A stretch of DNA of 64,000 nucleotides from Tubiluchus corallicola (Eukaryota; Animalia; Priapulida): the NCBI GenBank assembly GCA_030141605.1, contig JAQGDQ010000024.1:1-64000 (forward strand). Reading direction: 5' to 3'. The notes beneath the pieces are model-generated. The model had not been told where the DNA came from, ran no database searches, and saw nothing but the letters and a program-made list of their open reading frames with translations. Positions 1 to 12,494 of the stretch are shown piece after piece. Position 1 is the first letter of the stretch; each line of letters begins with the position of its first letter. The position numbers were made by a program, and so were the translations under genes.

Positions 1-2
1 AA

Positions 3-1388
3 GACGTGAGAAGTGAAAAAGAGTACCTGCCAAATTTGCTGACAGATAAGGAAGTTGCCAAAACTCGTAATACCTACTTGCACAACCTGATTGTCACTAG
101 GCTGTGTGATGGGTTTCACGAGGCTGCCTCGGACATTATTGATCTTGTTAAGAAACAGGAGAAAGATCGTGCCAACGAAGGACCTGATTCACCCATGCAT
201 TTCAAACCGCTGTTACCTTCCGAACACGAAAAGTTGGACATTCTCTGTGAGCAGCTTAGTAATGCAGAGATTGCCAGAAGGAGAAATGACTATGAAGCGG
301 AGTACAGATCGTACCATCAGCTGGGCATGCACTTCAGGGAAACGGGAGACACATGGCTGGAAGACTACTTCCTTGACCTGTGTTTGAGCACTAGTAAAGA
401 GATTGCCAAACATGTTAGCAGCCAACAGGTAGCAGAAGCAAATGCTGAACTTGGTCAATACTTCAAGTCTCAGCGTCGTTATGCGGCGGCAAAATCGCAC
501 TTTGAGACATTTTACGCCCTGACCGAAGGTCAGTACTGGGAGGATAAGAACGGCTATCTTCTGCACGATATGGCTAGTGAATACTTAACTGACATTTACA
601 TTCTCTTGGCAGAAGATTCATCAGCTTCCGGGGATTCAGATGCTGCCCTCCAGTATCTCACAAAAGCAGCAGAAATGGCCAGAGAGGCGGTCACATTGTC
701 ACCTCTGGGTCGAGCAAGTTATAAGTTAGGCAAGGCATACCTCGGTCGCGATGAGACAACCACTGCCATTCAACACCTCACGCATTACAAGGACATCTGT
801 ACAAAGATTGGTGACCACAGTGGAAGATGTGTTGCATGTGATGCGCTCGCTGAAGCATACGAATATGCCGGTGACATGACAGAAGCTATGAAGCAATTGG
901 AGGAATGTCTCACAATCGCCGAATCAACACACAAAACGGAGGCTATGACAAGTGCCTGTTACAGACTAGGTATCGTCAATAATTTAGTGGGAAACTTTTC
1001 CGAAGCGGCTGCATATTTTCAGCGAAGTTACGATCTGTCCAAATCTGATCCGGCTCTTTCACATATGTATGGAGTGAATGCACAGATATTTTGCGGAATT
1101 ACCGAAGCTCATCGGGTTTTGCCCGAATTCATCAAATGCGCCCAGGCATCAGCAACAAGCAGCTTGGAAAAAGTGCTGTTATGGAAGTCTCAGAGAAAGT
1201 GGGAAGCTGAGACTGAAGAAGAAAAAGAAGATGCTAAGGATCAGCTGAGTGAAGAACATTGCGAAGAAGGCAGTGAAAATGAGGATGATGAAATGTTAGA
1301 TAAAGTAAACGAAGAGATAGGTGAAATTGTAAGGAAGACGAATAGCGAAAAAAGCGCAAGTAGACTAGGGCGCTTCAGTGTAGCATAA
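3..1388 (+). CDS. TTC29: Tetratricopeptide repeat protein 29 homolog, left copy (5' part outside window)
   Basis: Open frame from the window edge to TAA at 1388. Collinear with TTC29 as recalled: EVAKTRNTY~EVAAYRNSY, DGFHEA~DGYHKS, LTEGQYWEDKNG~LTQGRIWKDETG, ASYKLGKAYL~ASYYLGLAHL, LLWKSQR~LLSWKESR. TPR helices and an acidic tail. Confidence 0.88.
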   Translation, partial: DVRSEKEYLPNLLTDKEVAKTRNTYLHNLIVTRLCDGFHEAASDIIDLVKKQEKDRANEGPDSPMHFKPLLPSEHEKLDILCEQLSNAEIARRRNDYEAEYRSYHQLGMHFRETGDTWLEDYFLDLCLSTSKEIAKHVSSQQVAEANAELGQYFKSQRRYAAAKSHFETFYALTEGQYWEDKNGYLLHDMASEYLTDIYILLAEDSSASGDSDAALQYLTKAAEMAREAVTLSPLGRASYKLGKAYLGRDETTTAIQHLTHYKDICTKIGDHSGRCVACDALAEAYEYAGDMTEAMKQLEECLTIAESTHKTEAMTSACYRLGIVNNLVGNFSEAAAYFQRSYDLSKSDPALSHMYGVNAQIFCGITEAHRVLPEFIKCAQASATSSLEKVLLWKSQRKWEAETEEEKEDAKDQLSEEHCEEGSENEDDEMLDKVNEEIGEIVRKTNSEKSASRLGRFSVA

Positions 1389-1595
1389 ATTAATGAGATT
1401 AGTGACTAAGACATTATAGAGCATAGTAAGCCTTAGGTTTCTTGTAGCTACATATTTATTAGCTAAATAACAATTAATGTATTGAACATACTTAAATTTC
1501 ACATTTCTATTACTGGAAAGGTACGGGATTATAACGGATTTTGAAATATAATCTTGATGGCTTCAGTTGATCAGTACGTTTCCTGCAATACCTGT

Positions 1596-1601
1596 AATAA
1601 A
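1596..1601 (+). promoter_or_regulatory. Candidate poly(A) signal of left TTC29 (mirror at 27924-27929, minus strand)
   Basis: AATAAA ~210 bp after the stop codon, just before the 72-bp array. Confidence 0.4.
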
Positions 1602-1704
1602 GATGTGTTTTCAAATTAATTAAGGGGTGGTACAATTTGGCACGATTCCAAAAAGTAACTTACAATTTGTTAACACTATTTTATTTTTATTTTGCTGTTA
1701 CTAA

Positions 1705-2552
1705 TGTTCCTGTGAGCAGGCCTAACAGCTATTAACACTTAATAAGACTCGGTAGTGTTAATTACATAGGCCAAAATGTTCCTGTGAGCAGGCCTAGCAG
1801 CTATTAACACTTAATGACACTCGGTAGTGCTAATTACGTAGGCCAAAATGTTCCTGTGAGCAGGCCTAACAGCTATTAACACTTAATAACACTCGGTAGT
1901 GTTAATTACATAGGCCAAAATGTTCCTGTGAGCAGGCCTAGCAGCTATTAACACTTAATAAGACTCGGTAGTGTTAATTACATAGGCCAAAATGTTCCTG
2001 TGAGCAGGCCTAGCAGCTATTAACACTTAATGACACTCGGTAGTGCTAATTACGTAGGCCAAAATGTTCCTGTGAGCAGGCCTAACAGCTATTAACACTT
2101 AATAACACTCGGTAGTGTTAATTACATAGGCCAAAATGTTCCTGTGAGCAGGCCTAGCAGCTATTAACACTTAATAACACTCGGTAGTGCTAATTACGTA
2201 GGCCAAAATGTTCCTGTGAGCAGGCCTAACAGCTATTAACACTTAATAACACTCGGTAGTGTTAATTACGTAGGCCAAAATGTTCCTGTGAGCAGGCCTA
2301 ACAGATACTAACACTTAATAACACTTGGTAGTGTTAATTACGTAGGCCAAAATATTCCTATGAGCAGGCCTAACAGATACTAACAATTAATAACACACGG
2401 TAGTGTTAATTACGTAGGCCAAAATGTTCCTGTGAGCACGCCTAACAGATACTAACACTTAATAACACTCGGTAGTGTTAATTACATAGGCCAAAATGTT
2501 CCTGTGAGCAGGCCTAACAGATACTAACAATTAATAACACTTGGTAGTGTTA
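1705..2552. repeat. 72-bp minisatellite, ~11.8 units
   Basis: Unit TGTTCCTGTGAGCAGGCCTAACAGCTATTAACACTTAATAACACTCGGTAGTGTTAATTACATAGGCCAAAA starts at 1705, 1777, 1849 ... 2497. Confidence 0.95.
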
Positions 2553-3630
2553 GTCAGAAAGTCCGTATTGACATCCGTTACAGGACAGATGGAAAACTTT
2601 TCAATCTTCGCAGACTGCAGGCCAAGACCAAAGTCAAAGAAGACACCATCCGTGACCTCTTAATGCCACCTCAGAGCAAGACATGCAGGAAAGTGTTAAC
2701 CTCTTTGCACAGGCATGCGATGATTTTGGCCTCACTATTAACACAAAAAAGACAGAGGTCCTACTTCAGCCTGCCCCTGACAGCACATATGTAGAACCAA
2801 CCATCACTATCAAAAATGAGAAACTGACGGCAGCCAACAAGTTCGTTTACTTGGGTAGCACCCTATCAAGATCAGCTACCATTGATGATGAAGCAGCCTT
2901 CAGAATATCAAGAGCCAGTGCAGCCTTTGGAAACCTAAGAACAACATGCTGGGAAAGACGAGGCATCAAGCTGTCAACTAAACTCAAAGTCTACAATGCT
3001 GTAGTCATTCCATCTCTGCTGTATGCCTGCGAGTCGTGGACAGTCTATAGTCGCCATGCCAGACAACTAAACTCCTTCCACCTGTGTTGTCTAAGACGAC
3101 TCCTCAAGATCAGCTGGCAGGACTACATACCAGACACTGAAGTCCTCGAGAGAGCACAATCCATCAGTGTTCATGCAATGCTTAAGGCAGCACAACTGAA
3201 ATGGGCTGGTCATGTTCGACGTATGGAAGATCACAGACTGCCAAAGAGACTCATGTACTGCGAGCTGAAAGAAGGGCAACGGTCAGTTGGAGGGCAACGG
3301 AAAAGATACAAAGACACCCTCAAAGCCAGCCTGAAAGAATGCAACATCAATGTCGACTCCTGGGAAGATGTGGCACAGGAGAGATCACGTTGGCGGTCCC
3401 TCATCAAATCGGGGGTGAGCAACTATGAGTCCAGGCGCATCCAAGTTAGGCAGGAGAAAAGACAGCTTCGAAAAGACAGACAACGCAATGCCTATCAAGA
3501 TACACCATTCTCATGTCCTCACTGCAGGAGGAGGTTCTCAGCAAAAATCGGGCTTATAAGCCACCTCCGTACCCATCCTATGGCGTCAGAATGAAGTCAT
3601 GGTCCTCTTCGACTATGAAGGACGAACTAC
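2553..3630 (+). mobile_element. 5'-truncated RTE-clade non-LTR retrotransposon (RT C-terminal half plus C2H2 finger); left copy lacks FADD
   Basis: IRYRTDGKLFNLRRLQAKTKV, FGLTINTKKTEV, FVYLGS, LLYACESW, LKWAGHVRRM and terminal CPHC...HLRTH motifs; ORF 2683-3594; very short 3' UTR. Confidence 0.92.
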
Positions 3631-3821
3631 AGGCCGAAAATGCTGGATTATGAAATGTGTATAAGTTTAAACAAGATTTGTATAACTTTTAGTAACTCCA
3701 TCAAAAGACAGCACCATAATACACAATGTTTGAAATAACAGATTATTAAATAAAAAGACCAGCTTGCAATAAATAAAACTTGAATAAACAGTCGCGCAAA
3801 TACAGTAACTCCATCAAGAAC

Positions 3822-4261
3822 TAGGGGTGAGCATACTCTAGCAGAAAGCGAATTCGAATCGAATCAAATTTGTGACTTTCGAATTCAAATCGAATCAAAT
3901 TTGTGACTTTCCAATTGGAATCGAATCAAATTTGTGACTTTGGAATTCGAATCGAACCAAATGTCAGTATTTCGAATTCGAATCGAATTGGAATTGAGTT
4001 TGAAGGATTTCGAGCGAGTTTTCGAACCACTAATAAAAAGTGGTATTACAAAGATCATGCATATTACTCGATTTTGTTAGGCAGTAAAACCACTATTAGT
4101 TTTTTTTTGAAAATTTTGCACAGAAACTGCAGCTAAATGGGCTAATTGCATGATGTTTCAAACATTGGAATGATAAAGAACTTGTGTGGTTGAAGTGCTG
4201 AATTATTAGAATCTATAATTTTAGGTTCGAATCGAATTCGAACGGTCGTTGCTTACCCCTA
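3822..4261. mobile_element. Non-autonomous DNA transposon (hAT-like MITE)
   Basis: Terminal inverted repeats TAGGGGTGAGCA / TGCTTACCCCTA (11/12 match); subterminal TTCGAATCGAAT repeats; only a decayed 8-bp TSD (TCAAGAAC/TCGACAGC). Confidence 0.7.
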
Positions 4262-4805
4262 TCGACAGCAAAAATGAGATTTATCGTACCAATAGTACAT
4301 TATTAAATAGTAACATTTTACATATTAAAATATCACATATTTAGTATGCAGCCCGGAATGACGCTTCAGAATCAATACAGCAAATAAATGATCAGGCTCT
4401 GAGCCATTTATCAACTATCCACTTTTGAAAAGCCTTCGCGTTGTTTTACTTTTTAGTTATCATTATTAAAACATACATGTACTTAACTTAGATGGATGGT
4501 AGTTAGCCTGTTTTAACGCACCAGCACCTGACCACTCGGGTATTCACCCCGCGTGATATATAGGGAACACGTTAGCAGTTCTTGTAAGTAATGAAACGTT
4601 TTTAGCTCATAGGTCAAAACGAGTTGTAATCTAAAAGTTGTTCTGTTTTACTTTAATGTTCATTTATCAAATTATAGACGTTTTGATTAACTAGCCAAGT
4701 GTTTAACTAATTGACCAACCAGCAACAAAAGCCAACTAAAATAACATCGAGAAATTATTTTTCTTCTAAGACCATCAAACTTTAAAAACACGCTTTATAT
4801 AAATA

Positions 4806-5187
4806 CAGTCTGTGTCTTAAACATTAGACTGGTGTTAACTTTCTTTCCAGTCTCTGTCTTAAACATTAGACTGGTGTTAACTTTCTTTCCAGTCTCTGTC
4901 TTAAACATTATTCTGGTGTTAACTTTCCTTCCAGTCTCTGTCTTAAACATTAGACTGGTGTTAACTTTCCTTCCAGTCTCTGTCTTAAACATTAGACTGG
5001 TGTTAACTTTCCTTCCAGTCTCTGTCTTAAACATTAGACTGGTGTTAACTTTCTTTCCAGTCTGTGTCTTAAACATTAGACTGGTGTTAACTTTCTTTCC
5101 AGTCTGTGTCTTAAACATTAGACTGGTGTTAACTTTCTTTCCAGTCTCTGTCTTAAACATTAGACTGGTGTTAACTTTCTTTCCAGC
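4806..5187. repeat. 42-bp minisatellite, ~9 units
   Basis: Unit CCAGTCTCTGTCTTAAACATTAGACTGGTGTTAACTTTCTTT. Confidence 0.95.
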
Positions 5188-6059
5188 TTAGGGGAATTTC
5201 TGCAAGCAGCTTCTAAAAACGGAAATGGCGGATTTCATGTTAACTTGCGTCATCTGATCTGGTCTGCATTTTAGATCTGTTAGATCTGTGACTGTTAGAT
5301 CTGGCTCTAAAAGGTTTTCAATGGGTAAAGCATTTTCTGCCTAGTGTAAACGTGATTCAAGCAACCGGTTTTCAGTTTCTGTCTACCTCCAGAAGAATTC
5401 CTGCAAACAGTTTCTGTAAACTGGAATGGCTGATATCACGGTTCACCTGCGTCATATGGTCTCGTCTAGCTGTCCAGGTTCATCTTCATAACACCAGGGG
5501 GAGAAAAAGTGTTTATTTTTCATAGCCAAACTGCCGACAAGCCTTGAAAGCGGGATGTGTAGTTCTGAGCAAACAGCTGTTAGGAGAAAAGGCGGATAAA
5601 CTGTTTAGGGGACGCTTCCAGAGCCAGGAAATTCTCCTCGACTAATGACGCAAGACGGTGCGCCTGACAATCACCGGAATTCTTGCGCGGCGTCATTACG
5701 AATTGCATTACTAACTAACCACTTTATTGCGCCATATGTCGCGAAGCCATTTTGTCGAAAGGGGGCGTTGCGAGCGGGCCTATTAGCATGCTGTTGCTGG
5801 ATTTATTTTCTGAAGCCAGTCGGTTTCGGTTCATATGCTAGACTTCCTTATAGCCGTTTGTTGAAATGTATACTTAGTAGATAACAGAGTCATTTTCCGC
5901 TTGGTTACGACCCGTTTTGTTGGCATGGCTTTCTTCATTCGAGTTTTTATTAGATCTGGGTGGAGAGGATGAGAACGTGAATGAGGAAAAAGAACCATGC
6001 TTGTATTGTAAAAATTAAGGAATATTGGGAAAAAGATAGCTGTCTACATGTCAGGCATT

Positions 6060-6220
6060 CTAGATCAATTTATTACCAAGCATTCGGCAATTTTACACAG
6101 ATACTAAATAAGCAAGGAAACATGGTTGAGCCTTGTGGAATGCCTTGATCTATGCAAACCTGTTGTGCTGGTCTTGCAAAACTGTTCTGCTAGTCTGGTT
6201 GGAGAAAGAAAGTCGATTTC
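6060..6220 (-). mobile_element. Decayed LINE reverse-transcriptase remnant
   Basis: Minus strand reads QGIPQGSTMFPCLFSI, resembling the non-LTR RT motif GVPQGSxLxPxLF. Confidence 0.5.
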
Positions 6221-6332
6221 AAAGCAAGTTTATTGTTTTGCTTTTCATAACACGTGTGAAGAATCTACCTTTGCTGTTTTGGTCCTAGGGATCTAATTAG
6301 GGACCTATTAATTAATGCAAACGTGAACTTCA

Positions 6333-8181
6333 TTAGAGTGAGTTAAGCATTTTAAGGTTTTGCATTTAAGTGAGTTAAACACTTTGAGGTTTTGCACTTT
6401 AGTGAGTTAAACATTTTTAGGTTTTGCGTTGAAGTGAGTTAAGCATTTTAAGGTTTTGCATTGGAGTGAGTTAAACATTTTAAGGTTTTGCATTGAAGTG
6501 AGTTAAGCATTTTAAGGTTTTGCATTGGAGTGAGTTAAACATTTTAAGGTTTTGCATTATTGTGAGTTAAACATTTCAAGGTCTTGCATTGTAGCGAGTT
6601 AAACATTTTAAGGTTTTGCATTTGAGTGAGTTAAACACTTTAAGGTTTTGCATTGGAGTGAGTTAAACATTTTAAGGTTTTGCGTTGGAGTGAGTTAAGC
6701 ATTTTAAGGTTTTGCGTTGGAGTGAGTTAAACATTTTAAGGTTTTGCGTTGGAGTGAGTTAAACATTTTAAGGTTTTGCGTTGGAGTGAGTTAAACATTT
6801 TAAGGTTTTGCGTTGGAGTGAGTTAAGCATTTTAAGGTTTTGCGTTGGAGTGAGTTAAGCATTTTAAGGTTTTGCGTTGGAGTGAGTTAAGCATTTTAAG
6901 GTTTTGAATTGGAGTGAGTTAAACATTTTAAGGTTTTGCATTTGGTGAGTTAAACACTTTAAGGTTTTGCATTTGAGTGAGTTAAGCATTTTAAGGTTTT
7001 GAATTGGAATGAGTTAAACATTTTAAGGTTTTGCGTTGGAGTGAGTTAAACATTTTAAGGTTTTGCGTTGGAGTGAGTTAAACATTTTAAGGTTTTGCGT
7101 TGGAGTGAGTTAAGCATTTTAAGGTTTTGAATTGGAATGAGTTAAACATTTTAAGGTTTTGAATTGGAGTGAGTTAAACATTTTAAGGTTTTGCGTTGGA
7201 GTTAGTTAAACATTTTAAGGTTTTGAATTGGAGTGAGTTAAACATTTTAAGGTTTTGAATTGGAGTTAGTTAAACATTTTAAGGTTTTGCATTGGAGTGA
7301 GTTAAACATTTTAAGGTTTTGCATTTGAGTGAGTTAAACACTTTAAGGTTTTGCATTGGAGTGAGTTAAACATTTTAAGGTTTTGCGTTGGAGTGAGTTA
7401 GGCCTTTTAAGGTTTTGCGTTGGAGTGAGTTAAACATTTTAAGGTTTTGCGTTGGAGTGAGCTAAACACTTTAAGGTTTTGCATTGGAGTGAGTTAAACA
7501 TTTTAAGGTTTTGCGTTGGAGTGAGTTAAGCATTTTAAGGTTTTGCATTGGAGTGAGTTAAACATTTTAAGGTTTTGCGTTGGAGTGAGTTTAACATTTT
7601 AAGGTTTTGCGTTGGAGTGAGTTAAACATTTTAAAGTTTTGCATTATTGTGAGTTAAACATTTCAAGGTCTTGCATTGTAGCGAATTAAACATTTAAGGT
7701 TTTGCATTTGAGTGAGTTAAACACTTTAAGGTTTTGCATTTGAGTGAGTTAAACATTTTAAGGTTTTGCGTTCGAATGATTTAAGCATTTTAAGGTTATA
7801 TGCTGGAATGGGTTAATCATTTTAAGGTTTTGCATTGGTGTGAGTTAAACATTTTAAGGTTTTGAATTGGAGTGAGTTAAACATTTTAAGGTTTTGCATT
7901 GGAGTGAGTTAAACATATTAAAGTTTTGCATTCGAGTGAGTTAAACATTTTTAGGTTTTGCGTTGGAGTGCGTTAAGCATTTTAAGGTTTTGCGTTCGAG
8001 TGAGTTAAGCATTTTAAGGTTATATGCTGGAGTGAGTTAGACATTTTAAGGTTTTGCATTGGAGTGAGTTAAACATTTTAAGGTTTTGCATTCGAGTGAG
8101 TTAAGCATTTTAAGGTTTGCGTTGGAGTGAGTTAAACATTTTAAGGTTTTGCATTGGAGTGAGTTAAACATTTTAAGGTTT
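6333..8181. repeat. 32-bp satellite, ~58 units
   Basis: Unit GGAGTGAGTTAAACATTTTAAGGTTTTGC(A/G)TT, period 32. Confidence 0.95.
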
Positions 8182-8559
8182 TCATCATTTGCCGTTTCCA
8201 TTTTCATTACATTACAGCTAGCTGTTGAAAAATCTCAAGTATATTTTCAGATATTCAATCAAATCAGTTTTTCGAATGTTGGAGAAAAGCTTTTGGGCAA
8301 GTGGCTACGTGGTGCTGATCCTAGTAAAGTGGGCTAAAGCCTAACTAACCCTCAATTACTAAATAGAAAACTTAATAATCAGAGCATCCACGGTGAAAAC
8401 TTTTTACTTGAATGATGGTGATGTTTAAACAGCGACTGTATTGACTTTCTCCACTTGATGTGAGCATCCATTCATCTGCCTATTGACATTAGACGACCTG
8501 GTTTCAGAAACACACTGGTGTACTTAATTGTGGTCTTATAGGACAGTGTGAACTAGCCT

Positions 8560-9150
8560 TAACGTTTGCAAGGATATGCGCTGCCTGAATGTTAATCTTT
8601 TCCAGATAAAGTTCTAACCAAGCAACCGATAAATTTCTTTATAAACTAAACAGCCGAGGGCAAACGATTGACCCTTGAGGGACGCCGTGGTTCCAAATCT
8701 GCAAGAGTAGAGAACTAGTTTAACTTTTGCGAAGCACAAACTTCTTTTTTAAAAAAATACTTCGAGAAGAAAGTAACTTTCAATTAGGTTCACCTCAGCC
8801 AACTTGATCGTTCACAATGATTCTTTTAAAAATTAAAAACCACTCAGCGATGTTTAGTGAGAAGACATGTTGTGCTACTGATGAAGAGCTGAACAGCGCT
8901 ATACAATTGGAATTTGAAAAAGCTCGAATCTGGGAGTCGTATCAACTTATTTTTATAAACTGTTGTGACAGATGTCAGACAAGTTAACTCTTATCTGGCT
9001 TCGTGGTACCACTGTTGAAGTCTATACTGGGGTTTGGCGCAAATTGGTGTTTTACTAAAAACGGAAAGACAATACAGCTCAAAAAGACTTTTGAAAATGT
9101 AGTTTTTGAAATTCCTTTGCTAATCACTCATGGGATCAAAGATCTTAAAT
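8560..9150 (-). mobile_element. Decayed CR1/L2-type LINE RT remnant
   Basis: NHGVPQGSIVCPRLF at ~8650-8692 (minus strand) with an upstream FSKVF motif; interrupted by stops and frameshifts. Confidence 0.55.
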
Positions 9151-9714
9151 TGCATGTTAAAATATCGTTTTGGTTAGTCACAGCAAAAGGGCTTCTTTTG
9201 GCAGAAAATCTTAGTCTATACTGACAAACTCCAATAAAATATAAACAGGTAAGACAAAACGGTTGAATCTTGTTGGATACCGCAGATCGGCAAAATTATT
9301 TTGACAAACAGATATGTTTAAAAGTAAAATTTGGAAAAAGATCATTTCTTAACTGGATTCGCCACATTTATTTTTTGCCCGCTTGCAATGCTAAGCTGCA
9401 TGGATTATGGTTCTTGGAGCTCGTTCATATAATAAGAGCGCGAAGTTACAGAAATCTGCATGCCACAATCTTTCTGGGGCTTCCTAATCGGTTTACAATT
9501 TAAATATTTATAGAGGGCGCTATTATGTAGAGCAGTTCATAAACACAGGCACCTAAAATCACGGAAACTGACTGAACGAGCAATTTTGTATTGATATGAT
9601 AGAATTATTTTTTATTAATCTGAACGAGAGGAAACGGTCACGTAAATTATATTCAAACTTGCAGCAGTATCGTTATCCATTATCAATTTGTTGTTCATGT
9701 TGTTGTCGTTATTA

Positions 9715-9842
9715 CCATCACCATCACCACTGCTGCCGCCATCCTTAATGCCATCACACTACCATCACCATCGTCATTATCATCATCATCATAATCATCA
9801 AGATCATCATCATCATCATCATCATCATCATATCATCATCAC

Positions 9843-9876
<34 letters not shown>

Positions 9877-10056
9877 GTCGTCGTCGTCATCATCAACAAC
9901 ATCGTCATCGTCAACATCAGCATCATAATCTTCGTCATCATCATCATCAACAACATCGTCATCATCATCATCAACAACATCGTCATCATCATCTTCATTG
10001 TCTTCATCGTCATCATCATCATCATCATCATCATGATCATCATCATCATCATTATC
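9715..10056. repeat. Compound (CAT)n microsatellite
   Basis: CAT/CGT/CAA triplet tract; mirror (ATG)n at ~19597-19935. Confidence 0.9.
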
Positions 10057-10554
10057 AATGTGAATTGTTAGAGATTTTCGACATTTCACAGTTTTTGGGG
10101 CTCTTGGAACTCCCCCACATCAATTCCACTCTCAATTCATTCGCTGCAGATGTCTGTTTTGGTGTTGCGTCTTCCTCTTCAAGGTGGTTAGCAGACTCTC
10201 TCTCTTTCTGATGGGCCCCAGGAGTTTCTTCGCCAAATATTTACATCATAATGTTGGGCACGGCGATGAACAATTTGCTGATCTTCGATAAATAATAGAC
10301 AAATTTCTGGGTCAGTTCTACTTTCCTACAAACATCTCCTGCGTAAAGTGGGTCAGCTGTAACCCAAGGATGACCCTTATAGAGTGTGAAATGTACTTTC
10401 TTTTGCACTTGATTGGAACAGAATAACAATTACCACCAGGCAGTTTAGGGCAGTTCATTAGATTTAGATTTACCTACTTTTGTTTAGTTTATTAACAAGC
10501 AACACAAAACAGTATACAGTATAACGTACATAAAAAACTCACAAAACTTACAAT

Positions 10555-10830
10555 GGACATAGACATAGACATAGAACATTTATTTTCTCCAATTAGTTTA
10601 ACATCAAAAGTTTTTTTTAAATATTAAGTAATTATAATCACGGAGAGCAGAGCAGAGAAGAGATGACAAGAGAAGAGAAGAGAAGGAAAGGGAAAAGAAA
10701 AAACACAAGAGGAGAGGAGAGCAGAGCAGAGCGAAGCGGAGTAGAACAGAACAGAACGGAACGGAACGGAACGGAACGGAACGGAACGGAACGGAACGGA
10801 ACGGAACGGAACAGAACAGAACATAATAGA
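10555..10830 (-). repeat. Retroposon-like 3' end (AATAAA plus (TATGTC)n tail) with GAGCA/ACGGA pentamer tracts
   Basis: GACATAGACATAGACATAGAACATTTATTTTCTCCAATT is also present at ~31408; (ACGGA)n at ~10756-10810. Confidence 0.6.
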
Positions 10831-11295
10831 GATAATAGAATAGTTATGTACAGTTATTAAATTTCGTCATTGTACTTTGTTTACACGCCACATCTCTCAT
10901 GTTTACACGCCACAAACAAAATATTTTTTTGGATTTTCTCTATCGCCGCATCGACTTGGCTTACCTCTATCTCTTTAACCTTCATATGACAGTCGGTATG
11001 CAATGAACCCAGTCTCGGTGAAGATAAATAAAAACACAATTTCCCGCTGCTTGGCCAAACAAATGTAGAATTTTTACTGTTTTTGCTACATGATCTCGTT
11101 GTTTTTATGCAACAGGTAAACAAACTTTGCGTATTTTTCTTTATTCAAAATAATTATTGATTTTCTTGTTAAGTTTAGAGTAAATGAAAAGTGTTGGCGG
11201 TTGCGTGTTAATGTTATTTACAGTTAACTTGGGTTGTGTTATGTTCTTGATTAAGAAGACATTGGAAATAGATGAGATTGTCTGTAGAAGCAACT

Positions 11296-11683
11296 GTAGA
11301 ACTTCGGCTGTACCACCAACACATCTAAATTAAGACTCCGGTTCCAGAAGATAAAGATTCAGTCTGGTATATTTTGATGCGTGGATATAATTGCAGAACT
11401 TCGGCTGTACCACCAACACATCTAAATTAAGACTCCGGTTCCAGAAGATAAAGATTCAGTCTGGTATATTTTGATGCGTGGATATAATTGTAGAACTTCG
11501 GCTGTACCACCAACACATCTAAATTAAGACTCCGGTTCCAGAAGATAAAGATTCAGTTTGGTATATTTTGATGCGTGGATATAATTGTAGAACTTCGGCT
11601 GTACCTCCAAGACATCTAAATTAAGACTCCGGTTCCAGAAGATAAAGATTCAGTTTGGTATATTTTGATGCGTGGATATAATT
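11296..11683. repeat. 97-bp tandem repeat, 4 units
   Basis: Units start at 11296, 11393, 11490 and 11587 (G(T/C)AGAACTTCGGCTGTACC...GGATATAATT). Confidence 0.93.
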
Positions 11684-12494
11684 ATATATTATATTTTGTA
11701 CATTTTATACACATGATTGAAATGCATGTATTACATAATGTAATATAATGAACTATAATTATAATACATATAATTGTAATTATACATATAAATAATGTTC
11801 ATATAATAAATGCCGTTGCTAAGCAACCGTGGTCACCGTGGCAACCAAATTTTTTACTGCACAACTAGAGTTCAGCAATACATGTAATGTTATATGAGTA
11901 AGGGAATGCAAATACTTGACCAGTCTTCTTGCAATAGATGAAGAAATATGAAGAAGAAAAATCTTAGCTGCATATTCCAAATGAAGAAAAAAATTTGAAA
12001 GTACGAGGATCAGTTTTGATACAAAATTAAGAATCTTTGCATCTTTGCTTCACTTGTGGAAACTGTGTGTTTGGCCTTTGAAAACCAAATTTGAAGCTAC
12101 ATTGTATTTTGCTCATTCTTCCTTCTTTATTAACCAAAACGTATCATTCCATCTAAACAAATGACAAAAAAATAAATAACACTAGCCAAAAGTCAATTTT
12201 ACATAATTCAGAGTTTCATACTACATCGTCGCATTAATCATAAATAGCTGTTATCTAAAAGTAAATTTAAATTTTATAAAGTAATTTGAGTATACGTACG
12301 TTTTTAGCCCCAAATCATAAGCAATTGTAACAGATAACGCCAACATTTAATAAACCCACAATGACACGTCCTCACTTAACAGGCCTCTGACACCGATCAT
12401 ACTGATCACGTGTCCAGGCCAAAAAATCGCCACAAGGTGGCCAAAGTTAACAACAAGCGAAGGCCACAAAGCAGGCCAGTGCCAGATTTCCAGT

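Noticed and set aside
4795-5191. ORFs with 14-aa periodicity (also 24428-24782, and 10-aa periodic ORFs at 40646-41144)
   Set aside because: By-products of repeat units whose length is divisible by three.
1705-8181. CRISPR-like appearance of the 72-, 42- and 32-bp arrays (also 44- and 65-bp arrays)
   Set aside because: Units are head-to-tail with no unique spacers, there are no cas genes, and the context is eukaryotic.
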